Shown piece after piece: positions 47,029 to 56,605 of a DNA stretch of 64,000 bases (its first letter is position 1; every line of letters begins with the position of its first letter). Source of the DNA: an uncultured Gemmatimonadaceae bacterium (GTDB taxonomy: Bacteria; Gemmatimonadota; Gemmatimonadetes; Gemmatimonadales; Gemmatimonadaceae); assembly GCA_963817955.1 (NCBI GenBank), contig CAWFQK010000003.1, forward strand, positions 160,001 through 224,000, read 5' to 3'. Below the pieces are notes generated by a model. The model had not been told where the DNA came from. It was given only the letters and a program-made list of their open reading frames with translations, and made no database searches. Position numbers and translations under genes: made by a program.

Positions 47029-47985
47029 TCAGAACTCGCCGATGAATCCAATTTCCGGTTCGAGGAGAACACCGCACTCGGCCACCACCTTGTCTTGAGC
47101 GATCGAGATCAACTCGCGAACATCCTTGGCGGTGGCAGCGCCGAGGTTGACCATGATGTTCGCATGCATATGTGAGATCTGGGCATCGCCATGGCGAAAG
47201 CCCTTGAGGCCGCACTGATCAATGAGACGACCGGCGCCGACGCCCTCCTTCTTCTTGAAGATGGAGCCGGCGCTCGGATGCCACTCGAGCCAGGGGTGCT
47301 TGCTGCCGCGCCAGCTCAGGTTCTCCTGAAGGATGCGTTGCAACTCTGCCTGATCGGCACGCGCCAACTTGAAGGTGGCCGACAGCACGATATCGCGCCG
47401 ATGGTGGAAGACCGTGTCGTCGTACCTGAAGTTCACATACGACGCGTCCACGACCCGGCGCTGGTCATCCTCGGACAGGATCTCGCAAGATTCAAAGACC
47501 TCCGCAATGAACATCGTCCGCTCGCGCTTTGGTGCCGGCGACAGAAAATGTAGATTCTGCCAGATGGCGCCGCCCACGGTGCTGGGAATTCCGACATAAT
47601 GTTCGAGGCCGGACCACCCGCGGCGTACAGATTCCTGAATAAGATCCTTGATGATCGCGCCGCTCTCGCTCCGCAGATGACAGAGGTCACCTTCTTCGCG
47701 GAACTCGTGAGCGTGGGCGGTGTTCCGAATGACCAACCCACGAAAGCCGCGGTCGCCGATCAGCACATTGGCACCGAGACCGAGCACGAAGTAGGGTACG
47801 TGTGCCTCGCGCGCGGCGAGCACGGCATTCGCAAGGGCGTCGGCGGACACGGTCTCGAAGAACAAATCGGCCGGTCCACCAATCTTGAAGGTGGTATACG
47901 GGCCCAGCGGCTCGTCGCGTTTGAGGTGCGTCGCATTTAGGCGCGCCGCCACACGGTCCAATGCTTTCGGTTCGGAGCTCGACAT
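47029..47985 (-). CDS. murB: UDP-N-acetylmuramate dehydrogenase
   Basis: TTFKIGGPAD, GIPSTVGGA, SAGSIFK, HANIMVN, LEPEI. Confidence 0.93.
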   Translation of the reverse strand: MSSSEPKALDRVAARLNATHLKRDEPLGPYTTFKIGGPADLFFETVSADALANAVLAAREAHVPYFVLGLGANVLIGDRGFRGLVIRNTAHAHEFREEGDLCHLRSESGAIIKDLIQESVRRGWSGLEHYVGIPSTVGGAIWQNLHFLSPAPKRERTMFIAEVFESCEILSEDDQRRVVDASYVNFRYDDTVFHHRRDIVLSATFKLARADQAELQRILQENLSWRGSKHPWLEWHPSAGSIFKKKEGVGAGRLIDQCGLKGFRHGDAQISHMHANIMVNLGAATAKDVRELISIAQDKVVAECGVLLEPEIGFIGEF

Positions 47986-48004
47986 GATAGGGGTAAAAGA
48001 AACC

Positions 48005-49420
48005 ATGGATGACCTCGAGGCGCCACCGTGCTCCGTCCGGAGCAGGCGCGCAACGCGCGTGCTGGCGCTCCTGCTCTGGATTCCGTCACTGCTCGGCGCG
48101 CAGCGCGCCGAGCTCGTACGGCGCATTCAGCGAACGACGTTGCCGAACGGCCTGGACGTTATCGTGGTCCAGAATCGCGGGGTGCCTCTCGTCACGATCG
48201 AAGCAGACGTGAAGAACGGTTCGTTCACACAGGGGCCGGAGTTCGAGGGACTCTCGCACCTGTACGAGCACATGTTCTTCAAGGCGAACGCGTCGTATCC
48301 CAATCCTGATGACTTTGTGGCGCGTGCGTCGGAGCTTGGCGCCGAGTTCAACGGCACGACGAGCGAAGAGCGCGTCAATTACTACCTGACCGTGTCGGCC
48401 GACAGTGTGGAAGGCGGCATGAAGTTCCTCGCCGCCGCGCTCATGACGCCGCTCTTTCGACAGGACGAACTGGAACGCGAACGCGAGGTTGTGATCGGGG
48501 AATACGACCGCAACGAGTCCAGTCCGTTCTTTCAATTCAACACCGCGATGAGCAAGGCGCTGTGGACCACCGCATGGAGCCGAAAGAATCCGCTCGGCGA
48601 GCGTGCAGTCATCCAGAGCACGACACCGGAGAAGATGCGCACGATTCAACAGCGGTATTACGTGCCCAACAACACGGCCATCATCATCACGGGCGATATC
48701 GCGCCGGACCGCGGCGTCGCGCTGGCCCGTACGATCTTCGGTGGCTGGAAACGGGCAGCCGACCCATTCGCCGATGACCCAATTCCGGCCATTCCACCGC
48801 TCCTCCGCGATACGGCCCTCATCATGGAGCAACCGATCGGAAGCGTCATTGTCATGTTGCAGTGGCAGGGACCGAGCGCGCGAAAGGACGTGGCGTCCAC
48901 CTATGCGGCAGATGTGTTCTCCGACGTGCTCAACCAGCCCGGTTCGCGTTTTCAACGCCGATTGGTGGACAGCGGCCTCTTTCAGTCGGCCAACGTCAAC
49001 TACTACACGTTGAACCAGGTCGGGCCAATCACGATACTCGGCGAGACGACAGCCGCGCGCCTGAAGGAGGCGCTCGCGGCGTTGAACGACGAAATCAAGA
49101 AGGTGGACGATCCGGGCTACTTCTCCGCTGAAGAGCTGAACGCCACGAAGCAGCACCGGATCGTCAGCACCATGCTCAGCCTGGAGCGCGCGTCCGGCTT
49201 TGCGCACCAGCTCGGATTCTGGTGGGCTGTGACGGGACTCGACTACTTCTATGGATACGTCGACACCATGGCCGGTCAGTCGCCAACCGACCTGCAGACG
49301 TATGCCAAGAAATACATTCTCGGCAAGCCGCACGTTGTCGGCGTACTGCTCTCCGCCGACGCGCGCCGGTCGCTGAACCTTACAGCGGCCACGCTCGTTG
49401 GCCCGGGAGCACGCCGATGA
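48005..49420 (+). CDS. M16-family zinc peptidase, catalytic subunit
   Basis: HLYEH inverted zincin motif, YYVPNN. Confidence 0.92.
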   Translation: MDDLEAPPCSVRSRRATRVLALLLWIPSLLGAQRAELVRRIQRTTLPNGLDVIVVQNRGVPLVTIEADVKNGSFTQGPEFEGLSHLYEHMFFKANASYPNPDDFVARASELGAEFNGTTSEERVNYYLTVSADSVEGGMKFLAAALMTPLFRQDELEREREVVIGEYDRNESSPFFQFNTAMSKALWTTAWSRKNPLGERAVIQSTTPEKMRTIQQRYYVPNNTAIIITGDIAPDRGVALARTIFGGWKRAADPFADDPIPAIPPLLRDTALIMEQPIGSVIVMLQWQGPSARKDVASTYAADVFSDVLNQPGSRFQRRLVDSGLFQSANVNYYTLNQVGPITILGETTAARLKEALAALNDEIKKVDDPGYFSAEELNATKQHRIVSTMLSLERASGFAHQLGFWWAVTGLDYFYGYVDTMAGQSPTDLQTYAKKYILGKPHVVGVLLSADARRSLNLTAATLVGPGARR

Positions 49421-50715
49421 TCGCGCGCATTGCTCTCCTCGTGCTGTTGCTCGCTGCGCCCGCGGCGTCGGCACAGACCGACACGGCGACGTCGAGCTTC
49501 GACGTCAACGGCCTGAAGGTGATTCTACGCCGCAACACGGCGAATGACGTCGTCGCGGCGAACGTGTACCTGCTTGGCGGAACGCAGCAGCTCACGCCGG
49601 CGACGCAAGGCCTGGAGGTCTTCCTGCTCCGGGCCAGCGAACGCGGTACGCGCCGGTTCCCTGGCGACGCCGTGCGCCGCACCGTCGCGCAGCTCGGCAC
49701 CGACATCAACGTCGAACCGTCCGCCGACTGGACGATGTTTGGCTTTACCAGCACGCGCGCCACGCTCGATTCCACATGGAGTGTACTCGCCGACCGGCTC
49801 ATGGCGCCGCGGCTCGATTCCGCCGAGGTCGAGCTCGTGCGCGCGCGCATGCTCGCCGACATGCGCGAGGTGCAGAACAATCCCGACGAACTCCTCAATC
49901 AGCTTGCAGACAGCCTCGCCTATGTCGGTCACCCATACAGTTTCTTGCCCTCCGGCAACGAGTCATCGCTCGAGTCGATCAGACTCGCGGCGCTGCGAAA
50001 TTATGAAGCCACCCAGATGGTGACGTCGCGCATGCTCGTCGTGGTAGTGGGGAACGTCGATCGGCCACACGTGGAGCAGCTCGTGCAACGCACGCTCGCT
50101 CATCTTCCGCGCGGCAACTATACGTGGTCAGCGCCTCGGCTTCCGGCGCAGTTCGGACGTGCGTTGGTCGAGAAGGATGCAACGCTTCCGACGAACTATC
50201 TGCTTGGCTACTACGCTGGCCCGCCGGCGCGCGACCCGGACTATCAGGCGTTGCGTGTCGCGACCGCCGTGCTCTCCGGACGCTTCTTCACCGAAATCCG
50301 ATCGCGCCGCAATCTGTCGTACGAAGTGGAAGCACCGTTCGTCGAGCGCGCCGTGGCGAACGGCGGCGTATACGTGACCACGACCGATCCGAACACGACG
50401 TTGCAGATCATGCGCGCCGAGATCACCCGTCTGCAAGAGGAGTTGATCGACCGCCGCGGCCTTGACCGGCTCATTGGCCAGTTCATTACTGATTACTTCT
50501 TGAAGAACGAAACGAACGGCGACCAGGCCACGTTTCTGGCGCGCGCGCAGATCTACCAGGGAGATTATCGCGGCGCCAATCGTTTCGTGCAGGATCTGCG
50601 TCGCGTGAGCCCCGAAGATGTTCGCCGCGTGGCCCGACAGTACATGCGCGATTTTCGTTTCGTGTACATCGGGAATCCCGCGTCACTGTCGCGCGCGCTG
50701 CTCGCGACGTTTTAA
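49417..50715 (+). CDS. M16-family peptidase, non-catalytic subunit
   Basis: ATGA overlap, no HxxEH, IRSRRNLSY R/Y motif. Confidence 0.9.
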   Translation: MIARIALLVLLLAAPAASAQTDTATSSFDVNGLKVILRRNTANDVVAANVYLLGGTQQLTPATQGLEVFLLRASERGTRRFPGDAVRRTVAQLGTDINVEPSADWTMFGFTSTRATLDSTWSVLADRLMAPRLDSAEVELVRARMLADMREVQNNPDELLNQLADSLAYVGHPYSFLPSGNESSLESIRLAALRNYEATQMVTSRMLVVVVGNVDRPHVEQLVQRTLAHLPRGNYTWSAPRLPAQFGRALVEKDATLPTNYLLGYYAGPPARDPDYQALRVATAVLSGRFFTEIRSRRNLSYEVEAPFVERAVANGGVYVTTTDPNTTLQIMRAEITRLQEELIDRRGLDRLIGQFITDYFLKNETNGDQATFLARAQIYQGDYRGANRFVQDLRRVSPEDVRRVARQYMRDFRFVYIGNPASLSRALLATF

Positions 50716-50727
50716 TCAAGGCAAACG

Positions 50728-51441
50728 CTAGCCGCCGAACTCCTGGGCTATAGATCGCGGGTCGAGCAGGCCTGAGTACAACTCCGCACCGAGCAATACG
50801 GCCGAGATGCCGCGGTGCTCCAAGGCGCGCAGGTCGCTGACGGACGTTACCCCGCCGGCGGCGATCACCGGGAACGCGCAGGCATCCGCTATGTCTTCAA
50901 GTAGCGTGAGATCGGCGTTGCTCCAGTTGCCGTCGCCGTGGGCCGCGGAAATCAGTAGCCCACCAAGAGGAAGTGAATTCAAGTCCTCGACGACATCGAG
51001 GATATCGAGCGGCAGCGTGCGGACCCACCCGCGTGTCACCAGCCGCCGCTCGCGAACATCCGTTTTCAAAACGATGAGTCCTGGATACGACTCGGCCGCA
51101 CCGGCCAACCACTCGGGCTCTTCAATTCCGCGGCCTCCAATGATGACCCGCGCGGCGCCGGCATCGAGGAGCCGTTCGATTTCGTCGTAAGACGCGATGC
51201 CGCCGCTCGCCTGTATCTCGAGCGTGCTATCGCGAATGATGTCTTCGACGATGCTCGCATTGGACCCGTTCCCGCTTGCCGCGTCGAGGTCAGTCACCTG
51301 GATCCGACGGAATCCGGTGGAGGCCCAACCTCTGGCGACGCCAACCGGGTCGCCGCCGACAGGCCCAGTGTCACCATTGGCGGAAAACGGTGCACACACG
51401 CCGTCACGGATGTCGATCGTAGGAATGGCTATCATGCTCAT
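50728..51441 (-). CDS. HisA/HisF-like TIM-barrel protein
   Basis: IPTIDIRDG, TDLDAA, QASGGI, IAAGGV. Confidence 0.8.
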   Translation of the reverse strand: MSMIAIPTIDIRDGVCAPFSANGDTGPVGGDPVGVARGWASTGFRRIQVTDLDAASGNGSNASIVEDIIRDSTLEIQASGGIASYDEIERLLDAGAARVIIGGRGIEEPEWLAGAAESYPGLIVLKTDVRERRLVTRGWVRTLPLDILDVVEDLNSLPLGGLLISAAHGDGNWSNADLTLLEDIADACAFPVIAAGGVTSVSDLRALEHRGISAVLLGAELYSGLLDPRSIAQEFGG

Positions 51442-51612
51442 GCAGCATACACGGCTGACATAGGTAGGATGTTGACGGTCCAGCGGCCCGAGCTTTGCAC
51501 GCAGTTGACTCGTTTGCGTTGGGGATAGGATGTGATACTTTCACAGCCTCCGCGACTTCGCGGCGAGCGACTCTAAACGATCTCAGCTAGGCACTACTGG
51601 AGGCACTAAGAA

Positions 51613-52110
51613 ATGCGGTTCAACGGACTTGCGCTCTTGGCGGGCGCGGCTGTTCTCGGTGCGTGCGGCGGCGGCGAAAAGAAGGCGTCGGACACGACCA
51701 GCAGCACTCCTGCGGCTGGTGCACCGGCAACACCGGCTCCGGCCGGGAGTGCGGTTGCGGCAATGCCAGCGACTGGCGATACGGTGCAGGTCAAGATGAT
51801 CGGCGACGACAAAGGCTATCGGTTTGATCCCGCCAATATCACGATAAAGAGCGGTCAGGCGATCAAGTTCATCATGGTCAGCGGCGGCCCGCACAACGTA
51901 GCGTTCGATCCGGCTACCGTTCCGGCCACCTCGAAAGATCAGCTCAACGCCAACATGGTTGGCCAGATCTCCGAGCTCTCGAGCCCCATGCTCATGAACC
52001 CGAATGAGTCATACACGATCTCATTTGCCGGCGTGAAGCCCGGGGTGTACCCATTCCACTGCACACCGCACCTCGCGATGGGCATGAAGGGCACGATTAC
52101 GGTCCAGTAA
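51613..52110 (+). CDS. plastocyanin/azurin-family blue copper lipoprotein
   Basis: Lipobox LGAC, PHNV, CTPHLAMGM type-1 copper ligands. Confidence 0.92.
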   Translation: MRFNGLALLAGAAVLGACGGGEKKASDTTSSTPAAGAPATPAPAGSAVAAMPATGDTVQVKMIGDDKGYRFDPANITIKSGQAIKFIMVSGGPHNVAFDPATVPATSKDQLNANMVGQISELSSPMLMNPNESYTISFAGVKPGVYPFHCTPHLAMGMKGTITVQ

Positions 52111-52133
52111 GCGCTACAGGCGTATTGTGTTGG

Positions 52134-52164
52134 AAGAGCGGAGTCCTTCGGGCTCCGCTCTTTT
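52134..52164 (+). terminator. Rho-independent terminator
   Basis: AAGAGCGGAGTCC-TTCG-GGCTCCGCTCTTTT hairpin after the plastocyanin gene. Confidence 0.8.
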
Positions 52165-52282
52165 GCGGAGCAGGATCAACAATGCGACATCCTCCTTGCG
52201 TGGTGGCCCATTGCCTGCCACGGTACGGACGGGGGTCGCGTCACGCTTGCGCCGCATGCCCCGTGGGTGAGAGTATCGCAGC

Positions 52283-54013
52283 ATGGCACCAATGACCGGC
52301 GACGTTCCTCGAGCGATCGCACGCCCCGCGTGGCTCACGGCGCGTGCTCGCAATGCGGTGAATCGACCAATATTCATTGCCGCTGTGGGCGGCGGTGCGT
52401 TCATCGCTGTGCTCATCGCGCTGCTCTTCGCCCCGCAGCAGGTCAGGCGCATCGCACACGCGCCGTCGCTCCCCGTCGAGGCACGGCCGGATACCGCTCC
52501 GCTCATTGCGGCACTTGCGCACGCGCGCACTCGTTTTGGGGCCGCGGAGGGCTCACTCTCGGCAGCGCGGTCCCATGCCGCGGAGGAACCGGCGCAGGTG
52601 GTGGACACGATAAGCCCGCGGCTCATTGCTCTGCGGGATACGCTTTCCGGCGCGGTCAACGATCTCGATGCGCTACTGACTCGAGTCGAAACCGCGCCGC
52701 TCACCGCGTCGTACCGCGCCCTCGCTGAATCCCCGCAGCTTACGTCGAACCCGCGGGTCAAGGCACTTCTCGACTCGCTGGCCGACATCGAGCGCGACCG
52801 TGACTCGTTCGGGACCACGGGCGCCGCCGACCCCGTGTACGTAGCGCTCACTGCGCGCGCCATGGAGATCGGGCGCGCCATCCAAGCCATTGCCCAGACG
52901 AAGCGTGACGCCCTGCGACTGGAAATATCAAAGCTGAACGCACCAGCCGTACGCCAGGCTGAGGTTCAAGCGCCCTCTGCCGACACGACCGCCTGGATAG
53001 CAGAGCGCGACTCGGCGCAGTCGATGCTGCTGCAGGCAAATACCGCGCTTGCCGATGCCCGGATGAAGGCGACGGAATACGATGTGGAAGTAGCGCACGC
53101 GACGGAGGCAGCGAAATTCAATGCCCCGCCCGTGGCGCTGCTCGGAGCTGCGCTGGTGTTCGGTATCGCACTCGGGTTCGGCGTTGCCTTCTTTGGCGAG
53201 ATGCAACACCCGCGGGTGCGCGACGAGCACGAAACAGAGCGATTGACCGGAGCGCGCGTGCTGGCGACGATTATACCTCGCCCGCCGAGGCCGGACCGGC
53301 AACGCCGGGCGGCCGACAAACAGGCACCGCCTCACTTCGATCCTGGCGCCGACGGATATCAGCTCACGTATCTCCACGTGGCGCGGGCCGGCGCCAGTCG
53401 GCTGATGCTGACAATTGCCAGCGAACACACGGAAATTGCAGCGGTCATTGCGACGAACGTCGCGGCGATTGCTGCTGATGAAGCCCGCAGCACCATCCTC
53501 ATCGACACCGATGAACGGAACTCGCCGGTTGCGGCCGCGCTGCGGATACACGCCGAACCCGGCGTGGCGGACGTCATTGATTCCAAACTGGACTGGGCGG
53601 AGGTCACCACCCAAGTAATGGTGGGGCGGGATCGGGTGATAGACGTGCTTCCTAGCGGCACGTCGAGCGGCGTGCGTAACCCGAGGCAAATTCTCGACCT
53701 GTTCCGGCAGGAGGGGCCTCGCCTGGCGCGCCACTACGAAGCGATCATCCTGGTTGCCGCGATGGAACAGACCAAAGCTGGGCTGCCCGGAGTGCTGCCG
53801 ATTCCCGACACGATCCTCTGCGCGCGAATTGGTCATACCAAGATCGCCGACCTACGTAACGCCCTTTCTGCGGTGCGGGAGTCAGGAGGACACCCCGTAG
53901 GGGTGGTCTTGTGGGATGCGCCGCCTCCGTCACTTCCGTCGCCGGAGCGGATTGCCAGGGCGCCCCGGACGCTGCGCACCGATGAGATGAAGGCGCTCAG
54001 CCGCACCTCCTGA
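52283..54013 (+). CDS. Wzz/Wzc-like membrane protein with degenerate CpsD/CapB domain
   Basis: TM - coiled coil - TM; TILIDTD, PGVADVI, DVLPSG; no GK[ST] Walker A. Confidence 0.7.
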   Translation: MAPMTGDVPRAIARPAWLTARARNAVNRPIFIAAVGGGAFIAVLIALLFAPQQVRRIAHAPSLPVEARPDTAPLIAALAHARTRFGAAEGSLSAARSHAAEEPAQVVDTISPRLIALRDTLSGAVNDLDALLTRVETAPLTASYRALAESPQLTSNPRVKALLDSLADIERDRDSFGTTGAADPVYVALTARAMEIGRAIQAIAQTKRDALRLEISKLNAPAVRQAEVQAPSADTTAWIAERDSAQSMLLQANTALADARMKATEYDVEVAHATEAAKFNAPPVALLGAALVFGIALGFGVAFFGEMQHPRVRDEHETERLTGARVLATIIPRPPRPDRQRRAADKQAPPHFDPGADGYQLTYLHVARAGASRLMLTIASEHTEIAAVIATNVAAIAADEARSTILIDTDERNSPVAAALRIHAEPGVADVIDSKLDWAEVTTQVMVGRDRVIDVLPSGTSSGVRNPRQILDLFRQEGPRLARHYEAIILVAAMEQTKAGLPGVLPIPDTILCARIGHTKIADLRNALSAVRESGGHPVGVVLWDAPPPSLPSPERIARAPRTLRTDEMKALSRTS

Positions 54014-54080
54014 TCGGCCTTTCGCTCCTCGAGTACCGGATTGGGATGAACATTGGGCTCGATGCGGGTTACCTTGGGGC

Positions 54081-54575
54081 ATGGCCGAAGTTGCGCTCGA
54101 TCTTCGTCATCTGCCCAAGGACCGGTCGTACGCGCAGTTGCACGCGTACGTGCTGAACACGCTGGCGGGCATCGACGACGAGATTGCGGCAATGGCGACG
54201 ATGAGCGCAATGATTCATCATGCCTTCGGTCATCTCTGGACGGGATTCTATCGTGTCGTGGGCCCTGGCTTGCTGCGCGTGGGCCCGTACCAGGGAACGC
54301 TTGGCTGCCTCGAGATCGCCATCGGTCGCGGAGTGTGCGGCACGGCGGCTGCGGAGCGGCGGACGATGGTCGTGCCCGACGTGGACCAGTTTCCGGGCCA
54401 CATCGCTTGCGATGCACGGTCAAGGTCGGAAATCGTCGTGCCCGTGTTCGACAAGTCGGGGGCGCTCATTGCGGTTCTCGACGTCGATTCCGACCAGCGT
54501 GGAACCTTCGACGAAGAGGACGCACGCGCACTCGAGCGCATCGTGCGCTGGTTCGCCGGCGAAGGTCGCAGTTGA
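54081..54575 (+). CDS. GAF-domain protein (fRMsr/MsrC-like)
   Basis: WTGFY, GPYQG, GRGVCG, FPGHIACD, SEIVVP, LDVDS. Confidence 0.92.
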   Translation: MAEVALDLRHLPKDRSYAQLHAYVLNTLAGIDDEIAAMATMSAMIHHAFGHLWTGFYRVVGPGLLRVGPYQGTLGCLEIAIGRGVCGTAAAERRTMVVPDVDQFPGHIACDARSRSEIVVPVFDKSGALIAVLDVDSDQRGTFDEEDARALERIVRWFAGEGRS

Positions 54576-54609
54576 CGCGAATGATCCGCACATATAGGGT
54601 GTTCTGCTC

Positions 54610-55236
54610 ATGACGATTACCGGATATTCGGACCGCATCAATCACGCACTGGCGTTCGCGGCCAAGCACCATGATCAGCAGGTGCGGAAAGGCACGCGCC
54701 TGCCGTACCTGACGCATCCGGCAAACGTTGCGATCATCCTCACACGCTATGGCCAGAGCGACGGAACCGTCGTCGCCGGCATCCTGCACGACGTGATCGA
54801 AGACTGCGTGCGTGAGGCCTACACGCAGGAGATGCTCGAACAGCGCATCGGAGACAAGTTCGGCGACGAGGTACTAGAAACGGTCCTTGCTGTCACGTAT
54901 CGCCTCATTGACGATGACGGCGTCGAGCTCTCGCATGACGACCGGCGAGATGACTATCTCGCGCGGCTCGCGCAGGCGAACGAATCCGCGCGTTGGGTGT
55001 GCGCGGCCGACAAGCTGCACAATGCCAGCACGATTGTCGCCGACCTGCGTCGCACCATCGAATCGAACAGCGTCTGGAGCCGCTTTACCGGAGGCAAGGA
55101 TGCGACCATTCGCTGGTATCGCCGCGTCTACGACCGCTTGAACGAGATCGGGTTCCACGGCGAGATCATGATCGAGCTCGAGAAGATCGTCGTCGCGCTC
55201 GAGGAGCATGAACCGGCGGAATCGGCGCGTTCCTGA
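54610..55236 (+). CDS. HD-domain protein (Mesh1/small alarmone hydrolase-like)
   Basis: HDQQVRKG..PYLTHP, ILHDVIED, ADKLHN. Confidence 0.9.
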   Translation: MTITGYSDRINHALAFAAKHHDQQVRKGTRLPYLTHPANVAIILTRYGQSDGTVVAGILHDVIEDCVREAYTQEMLEQRIGDKFGDEVLETVLAVTYRLIDDDGVELSHDDRRDDYLARLAQANESARWVCAADKLHNASTIVADLRRTIESNSVWSRFTGGKDATIRWYRRVYDRLNEIGFHGEIMIELEKIVVALEEHEPAESARS

Positions 55237-55344
55237 CGTTCGCAGCACACAACGCTGGACTGGAAAGCCGAACCTGACCGGACCCGAGATAGTGGCGAGG
55301 GCCGGGAGTGGCTCCAGTACCCCACTTATATCGACATTGCTGGA

Positions 55345-55376
55345 TTATACTTGATATCGAGTATAGTCGACTATAA
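55345..55376. promoter_or_regulatory. overlapping AT-rich palindromes upstream of AAA ATPase
   Basis: TATACTtGATATCgAGTATA overlapping the perfect TATAGTCGACTATA (55362-55375). Confidence 0.5.
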
Positions 55377-55386
55377 GTAGCTCGGC

Positions 55387-56571
55387 ATGGATCCGATCAA
55401 GAACCCTTTCTCTCCGGGCGCCGGGGCTCCGCCGCCTGAGCTCGTTGGTCGAGACCCTGTACTCGAACTGACTCGAGTGCTGCTGGGGCGAGTACGACAA
55501 CGCCGACCAGAGAAGAGCGTGCTCCTGACGGGACTACGAGGCGTCGGCAAGACGGTTCTACTCAATGAAATCGAGCGGCAAGCAACCTCAGCGGGCTATC
55601 GGACGATTTTCATTGAAGCCCACGAGGAAAAACCCCTCGGGCCGCTACTCGCACCCTACCTCCGCAGCACTTTATACGAGCTCGATCGTATGGCTGGGGT
55701 CGGCGACAAGGCGAGGCGGGCTCTCCGAGTGCTCCGCGGCTTTCTCGGCTCGCTCAAGATCACCTACGCCGATGTAGAGATCGGCTTGGACGTCGATCCC
55801 GAACAGGGAACTGCGGACAGCGGCGATCTCGAGATCGATCTGCCCAATTTGCTCGTCGCGGTCGGCGAGGCAGCGGAGGAACGAGGAATCGCGGTAGCCG
55901 TTCTCATCGACGAAGTTCAGTACTTCGCCGAGAAGGAGCTGGGTGCGCTGATCATGGCGATGCACAAGGTGCAACAGCGCCAGCTTCCCGTCGTTCTCCT
56001 CGGCGCTGGCCTTCCCATTCTTCCGGGCCTCGCTGGCGAGTCCAAGTCCTACGCCGAGCGGCTGTTCAGCTTCCCCGAGGTCGGCGCGTTACTAGAACAA
56101 GACGCCGCAAAGGCGCTGCGTGAGCCGGCTCAAAACGCCGGCGTCGTCTTCGAGCAAGATGCGCTCGACGAGACTTACCGGCTGACCAAAGGGTATCCGT
56201 ATTTCCTGCAAGAGTGGGGTTATCAGTCCTGGAACCATGCGCCCACGAATCACATCACACTCGCCGTGGTGCGGGCCGCGACAACGAACGTCATCGAACG
56301 GTTGGACCGAAACTTCTTTCGCGTTCGCTTCGACCGCCTCACACCAAGTGAGAAACGATTCCTCCGCGCGATGGCCGAGCTCGGTCCGGTCGCGCAGCGA
56401 ACCGGCGACATCGCCGACGCTCTCGGCGTGAAGGTGACGAGCCTCGGCCCCGTTCGCGCAAAGCTGATCCGCAAGGGAATGGTGTACAGCCCAGGATACG
56501 GCGAGATGGCCTTCACAGTTCCGTTATTCGACGAATTCATGCGTCGTGTGATGCCGACATTCGCGCGTTAA
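55387..56571 (+). CDS. AAA_16-like ATPase with C-terminal winged-helix-like domain
   Basis: NPFSPG, GLRGVGKT, LIDEVQ, GYPYFLQ, RAKLIRKGMVY. Confidence 0.88.
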   Translation: MDPIKNPFSPGAGAPPPELVGRDPVLELTRVLLGRVRQRRPEKSVLLTGLRGVGKTVLLNEIERQATSAGYRTIFIEAHEEKPLGPLLAPYLRSTLYELDRMAGVGDKARRALRVLRGFLGSLKITYADVEIGLDVDPEQGTADSGDLEIDLPNLLVAVGEAAEERGIAVAVLIDEVQYFAEKELGALIMAMHKVQQRQLPVVLLGAGLPILPGLAGESKSYAERLFSFPEVGALLEQDAAKALREPAQNAGVVFEQDALDETYRLTKGYPYFLQEWGYQSWNHAPTNHITLAVVRAATTNVIERLDRNFFRVRFDRLTPSEKRFLRAMAELGPVAQRTGDIADALGVKVTSLGPVRAKLIRKGMVYSPGYGEMAFTVPLFDEFMRRVMPTFAR

Positions 56572-56605
56572 GCAGGAGGCATCCGGCAAGGAAGGCTGGA
56601 CCGTT

